The notes beneath the pieces are model-generated. The model was not told the origin of the DNA. It saw only the letters and a program-made list of their open reading frames with translations, and made no database searches. From Dimorphilus gyrociliatus (taxonomy: Eukaryota > Animalia > Annelida): DNA of 36,192 nt. Where the stretch lies: assembly GCA_904063045.1 (NCBI GenBank), contig CAJFCJ010000123.1, positions 1 through 36,192 of the forward strand, given 5' to 3'. Position numbers and translations under genes: made by a program. Positions 21,137 through 33,100 of the stretch are shown piece by piece. Every line of letters starts with the position of its first letter. Within the stretch, counting starts at the first letter, position 1.

Positions 21137-24100
21137 TGATCTCATATTCCTAGGCAAATGCTCAATAAACCTTCTTGAAGGTGAGACTCTAGGAGTACAG
21201 TGGAATGTTTCCTCTGAGTATAATTCAGCAACTGATAAAACTAAATTGCCATTACATGTAAGAAAGGGTTCAAAAATTTATTGGAGACCCAAAAATTCCG
21301 ACCTTCAACCTTGGGTTCTCTTCTACTTTAAGGGAATAATAACAATATCCCATTTTATATTACAAGGAACTGGAATGCCAAATGATAATGCATACATCAA
21401 AACTTTTTCAGTACAATCATCTTTAGATAATGAAGATTTTAAAGATGTCATTTGGGATTATGATGATACAAATGTGTTTCAAGGCCTTTTTGATAATACT
21501 TATGCAAGATTATATAGATTTCAAACAGCTCTTAAGACACAATATTTGAAATTTACCCTAACTAGCAAAAACTCATTTTTTGCTATGCAAATTGAATTAT
21601 ACGGATGTGTTGAATTTGTTCCTGATTGTTTTTCATTGCCAACATCATCAAACTTTCAAGTTAAAGGGGCCGATAAAAATGTAAAATTAAAATGCCTGGG
21701 AGATTGGACAGTACTGGGTCAAAAGCTAGAGAAGGATGTTTCATGGTTAAAAAGTTGGTCGGATTTTAAAAATGGATTTGAAACTGACCAAATATTCTGG
21801 GCTGGAAATCAGTTAGCAACCTACTTAACTAACTTTAGACGCTATAGTGCAAGAATTGATATTTGGGGAAAAACTGGTTACCATATACACAGTGAATTCA
21901 AAACATTTCTTATCCAATCCGAAAGGAGTTTTTACATAAAGAATGTCTCAGAATTCACAACTGGTAGTGCGCCATCAAGTGATTTTTTGTCAACCACAAA
22001 ATTTTTTACAATTGATAGTGATAATGAAAAATTATGTTCACAAAATTTGCAAACTGGTTGGTGGCATCCTGAAAATATGTGCTCTTCTTCAAATTTATTA
22101 GGTTCAAATTCAACGTGGTCAGTTGATGGTACAGATTTAAATAAGCCATATGATTTTGAAGTTGAAAAATTTCTCTTTAAAATAAAGTCTGATGATACAT
22201 GTTGGTAATCTTTTCTTAATTGAAGAACATCTAGTTTTATTGATGCGTTTGTTAATGTATTTAATAGATAACATTGCTGTTGGCAAGATAGCTTTTCAAA
22301 AGAAAACTAAAGGCAAAAATGAAGCCAAATTGGCAATTGATGGTATTGCTTTAAGCGATGCTACACTTGGTTATTGTGCAATTGGTGAAATTACCGACAA
22401 TCCTTGGTGGGTTGTCAATTTGCTGAAGCCTTTCAATGTTACAGGAATTTCCATTACCAATAGGAAAGACTGCTGTGGTAAGTTTAACACCTAAAAGAAC
22501 ATCTCATGTGTTATTCAAATATTTTATAGCTGCAGAATTATCCAACTTCAAAGTAGGCTTAGGAGACAACTTTCAAGAAAGTAACTTTGACTCTTCTCTG
22601 TTTAAATTATGCAAACATTACGTTGGAACTGTTGGATCAGGTGTAAAAGAGGAAATAGAATGTGATGATGGGCCAGTTGAAGGCTTGTATCTAGGAATTT
22701 GGATGACTGGTACCAATCTTAGATTGACCTTATGTGAAGTTGGAATAAGAACTGTATTAAGATATGGTTTGTATGCTTGCATATATTTGTTTGTTTTTTA
22801 ACTTTTAAACTTAATTAAATGCTTAAACAGAATCAAACAGAAGGTATGGGGATTCTTGTGAATCAGATTCCAATTGTATTGATCCATACACATTATGCAT
22901 TCCATTAAATGAACCACAAAATCTTGATAGTATATTGTACTCTTGTCAATGTGGAAGCTATACAGTACTTAAAAATAACAATTGCATTAGGGGTAAGATT
23001 ATTAGAGGGTGAAGGATAATTGGCAAAGAAAACTTGAAAAGTCAATTATCCAGATCCATGTATCAACATAAAACTATCTAATCATTTGTTTTTTTCAAAC
23101 CATAAATAGCTGTTGATCTTTTGCTAAACCTGGTCAATCTTGAGGGTATATTTACAAGGGGAGAAGAGAGTACTGTCTCATCAAATTTTTCATTTGTAAA
23201 TCATGCTGGATGGCCAATTGACGAAGCCACTCTACCAAATACTAATTTTGATGTGGGAGGATATATTTCAGATTCAGAAAATAGTCTTGATGCAACTTGG
23301 GCAGAAAATGTAACTGTAACCTCAAAAGTTGGCATAACTGCCAAGTTACTAGCTAGAGATGGAACAAATTCATCTAAAAGGGGTGAAGCATTTATAATTG
23401 CATCAATAACATTTAAATTTCCAATGCTACAATGCTTCAATAAAACTTATTTTTGCGGAATTATATTCCCATCTCCAACCAGTCACTTTGTTGAGTGGGA
23501 TAATACAAACAATGAAAAATGTCTCTCTTTAACATCTCTCATAAACTGTCAACCGGATATAGATTTATCAATACTAAACATAACATTTACATCCAGAGAA
23601 GTCATTTACAGAGATATTAATCAAAAACATAGTTTTGTTGTTACCTTATTGAACAAAAATTCAAATATTCATGATGTTGTTCAACTGTTTGACAGTTATT
23701 TTAATTATGATGTTGAAATTATTCTATCAAACAAAACTGAAGATATTGATAGTAAAAGTGAAAATTGGAAAAAATCAAATTTGAGTTTAAATGAAAAGCA
23801 AAAAGGGATAAAAGTTGGTGATACTTTAAACTTGACAATAGAAATTCCAACACAGTTGTCAAGATTTCAATGTGAAAATGATTTATTTGTTTGCTGTCGA
23901 ATATTACTATCAAATTTTTCATCATATCACGAAACTAACGTCAGTGATGATATTTTGTGTCTTGATTTAAAACCCTTTAAGAATTGTGCACCAGGTAAAC
24001 AAGTTGAATTAATATTAGGTACAATCGAAAAGTTTATTACGTTTTGCTGTAATTTTAAAACAGTGTAACTAATACTGTTGATACTTTCCAAATCTTTTAC

Positions 24101-27100
24101 TTAATCTGTAAACTTTCATTGCGAAAACTTTCATTCGGTTCTGTCAAGCCATTACAAAATTATTTCGGTGCAAGCAAGAGCAAGTCATGTCTACATGTTC
24201 CGATCAGTGAAAAATTAATGCATTTCTAGTCCATGAGAAGGCCTCTTCAAAGAATAATTATACAAGGTTAAAAAGCTATTTTGGGGATGAAACTCTGAGT
24301 GAAGATTCAGTAAGAAAAGGATACGACAGAAAACGGCCCCAAAAGTATGGTTTTACCCTAACCCTAAACCATCCCTAATGTATCCCTTACCCTTTTTCAT
24401 TACTCCTAACCCTTAGATAGGAGCCCCCTAACTACAAATCAATAAATGCTTGTTTCCTCCTAACCATTTCTTAACCCAAAATGCTGCCTTCAAATATCCT
24501 ACTTGGGGCCGTTTTCTGTTGATCCCGTAAGAAAATGGGCTATTAAAATAAAAAAAGTAAGAGAAACTCTTGAAGACAGCTGTAACAGATCAACATAAAA
24601 AATCAGTTGATAGGCTTATCAGTGAAGATTGAACCACATCTCAGAGAGCACTTGCCAAAAAATGAGATATTAGTCAAGAGGCTGTTGGGAAGATGATTAA
24701 GGAGAGCTGGGATATTTGAAAAATTTGTGCTAAATGGATCCCCTATGATCTTAATCAGGATGAAAAAGAGGTAAGGGTGAGCCATTGCATTGAACTACTT
24801 GATAGATACATGCACAAAAAGAATCATTTTTAGAAAAAATAGTAACTGGGGATGAATCTTGGGTTCATCTCTGATCCAGAATCAAAGAGGGCTTCCTAAC
24901 CTACAAACACACATCAAAAGGCTAAAAATGACTAAATCAGCTGAAAAACTGATGTGTACAGTTTTTGGGACAGTTGAGGGTTAATCCATGTTGAATTTAT
25001 GGATTATGGTGAAATAGTCAACTCCATTCAGTATGTTGAGACCCCACAGAGGCTAAGGAGGAGACTGCATAGGATAAGGGCTGGAAAACAGATTATTTTA
25101 CAGCGTGATAATGCCAGACCCCATACCAGTCTGTACACAACTGATTTGATCAGAAATCAGGGATGGTCTGTCTGTCCACATCCCCCATAGAGCGCTGATT
25201 TGGCCCCATCTGATTTTTACCTGTTTTTACCCGAAAGATCATATCAGAGGAGTTGATTACAAAAATTTGGATGAGCTAAAAAAAGATGTGAGGGAATTTT
25301 TGAAGAGAAAACCATCCTCCTTTTATGTGAATGGGACAGATCTACTTCCATCCAAATGGCAGACATGTATAAACAATGGGGCGACTATGAAGAAATAGAA
25401 CAGTTAATTTTTCTAGATTAGACTATAGGCTATGATATAAACACAAAATTATTAAAATAAGCTAACTACTACAAATATAAATACAAAATGTACCAAACTT
25501 TTCGATCACACCCAATATCTTATCCAGTTTTTTTTATTATCTCATTCTAAATATTTCTCACTTATTTTCTTAGCTGTTCAAATAAAAGCAAATCTGACTT
25601 TGCCTCAACAAACTGTTGTAAGAGGCTATGCTCAATATATACAAACTTATCTACAATGGACAAACATCGATAAAAGATTTGATATTGATACCATACCAAA
25701 AAATAGAGATAACTTTAATATTAGTATATTTTTTACTGATAAGGACGTGGAAAATGAAGATTTAATCCCTGAATTTTATGATTTATTGAATTCAACAACT
25801 ATTCAGTCAAATTTAACAATGAATAACTTTTTATCATGGGAATTTTTCAATGGAATAAACATTCCAAGAAATGAATGTTCCAAATATAAATTTCTTTGTT
25901 TCAAGGTTATTCCTGGAAACGGGTCATCTTATTCCGTGTCTGAAGATAAAAATAGTATTTCTTGTCAAGATATGAATAATACTATAAGTTGTATTGGTCT
26001 AAAGATAAAAGGTTTACATTTACAGCTCGCCAAAAATAATCTAACAGAAGGAAGTTGTAGTGAATTTTCTATTTTATGGAATGAAGGAACTGACATCAAT
26101 TATCAGGTAAATTTTACGGATATAAATTCAATTTCATGGAATTGGTTGAATGCTGGTCATACAGAATCATTTGGACAAATCAGCAAGCATACTTTGAAAT
26201 TTCATTACAATAGTTTCGGCCTATATAATGTTAGTTTAACAGCTTGGAATGAGGTTGGAAGTGAAACAGTTTGGTTAGTAAAAAGTGTTGAAGCAATATT
26301 AAATAACCATATCGATATTACAAGTGAATATATTCCAAATGAGCCTCCTTTAGAAGTCTCTATCAAAATAAATTATATCTATCCAATAAATGCTGAAACA
26401 AAAGACATGCCTATGACGTGCATTATTGAAACTGGTCAAAATGTTACCTTAATAAAAACTGGTATTCTCAGTAAATCCTCTGTATTGGATATTAATTACA
26501 GATATTTCAATGACGAACTTGAAGCAGAAGCAACAATTACTTGTAACAATACTGTATCAAATGTAATTGATACTGAAAAGTTTGTACTTCAACAAAAAGT
26601 TACTGATTTAAGGGCAAGATTCGCTGCACTCTATTGGCCGTCCTCTAAAAATATTTCTTTGGAATTAACATTAAAAAATGGAAGTGACGTTGAATACGAA
26701 ATTACTTTTGGTGACGGCATGAAAAAGATTGTTAAGAATCCAGAATTGTTTGCCAACAAAAATCCATTTTTTGTAAATCATTCCTATTCTGCTATAGGTG
26801 AATATAGAGCCTTTGCTATAGCAAGAAACGAATTTTTTAACTATTCAAGTAAATCAATAGAATCTGTAATTATTCAGCATGAATTGAAAAACATTGAATT
26901 GTTAATTTCATACAAAGCACCTCGAAAAGTGAATTTAACACTTGTAGAGATTGAAAATAAACTTTACCCAACAAATGTCTCTTGTATATTTGAACTTGGA
27001 GATGGAGTTGAAAGAATATTCCACAATGTCGATATCATTGGTGGAATATCTCTAACTTATGAATATAACAGAACATTTAATGAGAGGGAAAAGAGAAATT

Positions 27101-30100
27101 TAACAATAGTAGGCAACTGCTTTAATCAAGTTTCAGCGATTAATTCAACAAAAGAACTCTCTTTACACGAAGAAATTAGACATCTCTCAATCACAGCTGT
27201 AAATGATCATCTTGTCAGTTTTCAATGGTATCTCCTAACTTTTATGATAAAATCTGGGACTAATATGAATCTATCAATATCTTTTGGTGATGGCAATATG
27301 ATAAATTTCCAAAGCAAAGGTCCAGGGTTAACATATGCGCATAATTATACGTACAGTGATGAAGGAATTTATAAAGTAGTGATAACTGCTGAGAATGTTG
27401 TCAATAACGAAACGTATTCCTATCCTAATGGATTTTTCGTTCAAAACAGAATTGAAAATGCTTCATTTGCCTTGGAATATATGTTGCCAAATAATATTTC
27501 TTTATTTATAAGACAGCATCTGCCATTTGTTAGGCCTACAAATGTATTTTGTGTAGCAGAATTTGAAAATTCAACAATTCACCTAAAAGACGCTTCTCAA
27601 CAATATGGTAATGTTATTAAAAACGTTAATCTGCTTACTGGATTAGTTGTTAAACACCAATACCCGAGAATTTTTCATAAGAGAGAATTTAGAAATTTAA
27701 CCGTTCAAGCTCTGTGCTTCAATGGAGTCTCTAATGCATCATTTTCACAAAATATCTCACTTGAAGAAGAAATTTCAGGACTAAATGTGTCAATTGATAA
27801 ACACGTTTTACCAACTTTTGAAAAACTGAAACTTAATATTTCAACTCTTACTGGAACAAATATCAACTTGACAGTTGACTTTGGAGATGGCAAACTATCT
27901 AGTTTCATTTTCAAAGGTCCAAGTATGGAATATCTGCTGACTTATACATACACAGAACAAAATATATTTCGATTGAGTACAAGAATATTTAACTCAGTTA
28001 ATTCTCTTATAAAACAGTACGAAATTACAGTTCAAAATGGAATTATCAATGCCACATTCTCTTTATTTTATCAAGAGCCTAGAACAATATTTTTGAAAGT
28101 TAAACAGAATAAGCCACTAATCTTACCTACAAATGTTACATGCTCAATTGATGTTGGTAAAGAAAATCAAACAATTCTTAAACATCAAAATCTATTATTG
28201 GGAAGTGAAGTAAATTACACTTTAAATCAGATTTACAACAAAAGGGAATTGAAGCTTTTAAACATCACAAAGAGATGCTATAATTTAGTTTCTAGCGTCG
28301 AATTTTACGATAATGTTACCTTCAGAGAAGAGATCAGGGGACTAGACTTTCAAGTTGACACTAAACTTGTAAAAGTTAATGAAACTGTAAATTTTACTGT
28401 TCAAACAACAACTGGTGATAATATTTCACTTGAACTGGACTATGGAGACGGAAATACTCTTAGGAAATCAATCAAAAGTATATATGAACTAAAAAGCTTC
28501 ACGTACGACTACTTCAAATCAGGGAATTACAGCACAAGTGTTGTAGTGAAAAACAGTGTCAATCTGTTGTCGAAAACCATACCATCCAAGATAATAGTTC
28601 AAATGCCAATTACTGATTTTATTGTTCACGCACACTCCGTTGGAAGTCTAGACCGACAGCCATTAAACTTTTCCATTTCTGTGAACAAACATAAACCATT
28701 TCCAACAGATGTTTTCTGTTACTTTCAACTAACAAATGAAAATGTAAATCATAAATTTATATATCAACCTGATTTGAGCTCAAATTTGAAATCACTTACT
28801 CTAAGTCACAAATATGTAAGAGATGATGTTGGCAAACGCATGTTTGTTAATATATCCTGTAAAAATTTAGTTAGTAATTTTGAAAAGACTCTTAATTTGA
28901 GTATATATGAAAAAGTTACAGGTTTGTCACTCAAAGTAGACAAACTTGCTTATAGAGAAATGGAAAATGTCCGTTTGGAGATAACAGTTGTGGAGGGATC
29001 ATCGGTTATTTATAGCATTTACCATTTATCATCAATTGTAAGAAAACACCATCCACTTTTATTTGCCAGTGACGAATCATATATCAAGAGTTTGCAATTT
29101 GCAAAGATTGGAAATTATTCTGTAAAAGTAGTTGGAGAAAATGAAGTAAACAGAGAAGAAAAAACAATTAAAGTAATTATACAGAACAAGATTGAAAATA
29201 TTAGCTTAGAAGCAAATAGATCAATACTATGGACTCCTGGAATTATTACTTTTGAACTTGTCTCAGATCCTCTTCAAGGTTTTCTTAGAGATGTCTATTG
29301 CAGGTTTAATTTTAGTAATGGTGTGTCTAAAAGCAAATTTGTATCATCTTGGCCGCCATCTACTTCTTTATTCTATGATTTTTACTTTCCAAGGAGTGCA
29401 ATTGGGAATCTAACAACAAATCTAGTTTGTAGTAATTTGCTGTCTACTAAGAAACTGGATGTACGGACAGAAGTTATACTTGACGCAGTAATGGTAAAAC
29501 AGATACAAGACAATGGAACTGTCTTTTTAACTAATAAAACAACAATAACAACTGAAATCAAGAGAATGGGTACAAATTCATGTTTTATCTTTGATCTTGA
29601 TGATAGACACGCAACAAAATTAGCATTTGGTATTAATGATATTTGTAAGGATTACGCTGCTGATAGATCTATAGAATTTACACTAATCCCCGTTGAACAA
29701 CAATTCATAGTATTCAATCACATTTATGATGAGATAGCATACTACAATGTCAAGGTTCACGCATTCAATCATATTACGGAAGATGTGAAAACTGTTCAAA
29801 CAAGAGTCATTGATTGGTATTGCTATAGCCCAAATGCATCAGTACCAATTCAATATACCTTTGAAGAAAACCCACTTCAAATTATGAAGAGCACTGCATT
29901 CGAAGTACCTGTAAATATTAGTTGGGATTGTATGAAAACAAGTGAAATTGTTTACAAATGGACAGTTTTTAAATTCAATACTAATTCCCTAAAGTTTCAA
30001 TCAATTAATAAAACTTTAAATATTAAAGAGCGGCAGTTAGATTATGGAAAATACAGAGTTGAATATTTTATTTATATGCTAAATAACATGGATGCTAATA

Positions 30101-33100
30101 ATACTTATGAATATTTCTTTGAGATTACACCAACTCCATTATATGCTGAAATTCAAAATGGAAATTGGACTAGTGCTGACTATGATACAAATAAAACTTT
30201 TAATGCCAAAATATTCAGTTTTGACCCTGATCAAAATATTAACGAAAAGCTGAAGGCTATAAATTTCAAATGGCATTGCAGGGGAGAAAATGAAAATTTG
30301 GATTTATCAGTAAATAATGAATTCAAAGGACCAAAACTACTCGATATCCTTACACTGAATCAATTTAAAAAAAATGGAGGATGCTTTGGAAATGGTCCTG
30401 GGTATATTGACAATAATGACAATGGTTCGAATGGAATATTAACAATTAATACCTTCTATATGATACCAAATGCAACGTATATTATAACTTTAAAGATTTT
30501 ATCAACTACAACAAATAGAGAGGCAACTTTTCAACAGAAATTATTTTTAAATTCCCCAACAAAGCCAACATTTAAACTAAAGTACAAACATTCTTTTCAT
30601 ATAAGTATTCTATTATCATTTTTGTTTGTGTTTTAGGTGTAAAAAGAATTGTTTTAGGAAAACGTCTCTTTCATCGACCACAATTTTTGAAGCTACTTGT
30701 ACATCGAAGTGTACAAGTTTGTATTGGAAAATTGTTTATGATTGGAAAGTTTTGGAAAAGGCTAATGAAACTTGGAATTCTGTCAAAGATCTGTCTGATA
30801 AAATCATTGGAAATATTACAACAAACATAGTAGAAATAAAAGGAAATGTTCTCAACCCTGGAACTTATCATACTATTGTTGCTGAAGGAAAATTGGAAGA
30901 AATTGGTGAGACTGGATATATAAATGAGACATTTCTTGTAAATAAACCACCATTTGGTGGTAAATGTAATTGTCAGCCAAGGACTGGTTTTGCCTCAATC
31001 ACTAGATTTGAGATAAGTTGTCACGGTTGGCAAGAGTTTGAAAAGTCACCAGACACACCTGGTTTAAAATATCAGTACAGAGCAAAACCTCGGGGGAAAA
31101 AGACTAGTTTCTTACTATACTTTTCTTTTAAGGATGAAGCCGTCTTCTTAATGTTGCCTGTTGGTGACCCAAGAAATCAAATTACTGAAACAATAGTCAA
31201 TGTAATTGACTCTGTGGACGATTCATTTGAATTTCTATTCGATGTACATGTGAAACCTCCTCCAGAGCCTGAAAATGTATTGTTGGATTCAGCCATAAAT
31301 GTCGTTTCAAATGGTCTTTTGGATAAACAGTTGGAAACTGGTAATTTTAGTGAAGTGTCTTCTACTATATATTCAGTAACGTCAATTCTCAATGCGAATC
31401 TTGATGCGTCTGTAGAAAATGTAAGGAATATGACGAAAACAGAAGAAGCTAAAGATGCTTGTGAAAAGAGATTGAAAAGAATCAAGGTGAGGCAGATGAA
31501 GTTTTAAAGTTACTTTTTGTTTTATATTGTTGAATTCTTTGAAAGGCAAGAAAACAAATGATTGCTTTTGCAATAAAAATTCCATCTAAATCAATTGATG
31601 AATTGGAACAAAACAATGGTCTTATTAGCACTCTAGTATACAAACCAAAGGAAGTAGATATTGAATCACAGGTTGCTCGCTGTCATTATGTAACTAGAAT
31701 TTTAAACGAAAAATTCCTTTTTAAATCTTGTAGATAAAGGTAGCTAATCAAATAGGAAAGTTAAATAATGTGTTGAACGAAGAAAACGTTTCACCAACAC
31801 TTAAAAGAGATTTGTCAATAAGTATGAAAATATTCATTTTAGGGAGACTACAATATTTAATCAAAAAACTTTCTTTTAAAAATAGGCCTGTTAGAAACAT
31901 CTATTCTAACAACTACAGCAGCTGATACTTATAATGAAGATGTTAAAGAGAAAGAGCAATTTAAAGTTGTCAATCAAACGGCTAATGCAACAAACTATTT
32001 CTGCGATGTTACCTCTCACACTAAGCATGTAACAAAAAGTGATGAAAATAGCACAGATGTCCCAACAAGTGCTACTGGTAACAAACTCAAAAATGTTATG
32101 ACAAGTGTTCTTGAAGTTATTAACAATGTTACTGATGAATTACTACTTGAGCAAAAGGAAGATGCACCGTCTTTAAATGTTGAGTTTGAAGAAATGAGTA
32201 TCAATATTGAAAAAGCATCTCTTGATAAAGTCAAAAATAGTAGTTATAGTTCAAATTTTGGTTCAATAAAATTGAATGACTTTGAAGGTCACAGTAAAAA
32301 TGGTTCATGTATAACTAGAAAATTAATCATGTCCAATATTAATCCATATATGTGGGATAAGTCTTCTTTAGATGTTACATCAACAATTACAGAATTTTCA
32401 ATTCAGCCTTGTGATCATTTATTACCAACAAAACAAACCAGAAGGAGAAGAAGTATTCAGGAAAAGCAAACATCGGCTAACTTTTCTCTGATTTTGAACA
32501 TGAAGAACACTAAGGAAGGTATCCAATACATAAACACAACAAAAAAATCAGCTATTCATATTTTCAATGCCACAAGAAATATTTTGATACTCACTTTCAA
32601 TTTTAAAACTGAGGATGTTATCTCAGTATTCGTTGGCTATAACTTGAGACCAGCTAATGATTTGAATAACGAATCTTTTATTCTACCTGATGTAAATAAG
32701 ACATGCTCACCAATTCTTGGTCCAGAACATTGTGAAGAATACCAAAGAACAATTATGCTCAGACCTGATACAAATCATACGATTATGGCTGTTGTTGAAT
32801 GTTTCAATTGCTCAAATCAGATTCTCAACTACAGTGTAAGAATAGCTTATCCATCGTGTAAAATGTGGAAGGAGAACAAGTGGCAAGAGGACAATAATGC
32901 TTGCACAATCGACAGAGAGACAACAACATCCAAAGCAAGGTTTACAAGTAATCTATTTGCAAGTTTAGGAGCTGGATTAGATATGGCACCAAATCTTATC
33001 AATTTTGAAACAGTATTTGATGATTTTGCAAGTAAATTAGCAGATAATGCAGCCGTCTTTGGAACAATTTGCTCATTAATTATCCTTTTCATTCCGTTTG

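Noticed and set aside
21087-21153. N-terminal MTLIQIYIYIYIY of the 373-aa ORF
   Set aside because: Translation of the mariner end and (TA)n inside the intron; the exon starts at 21154.
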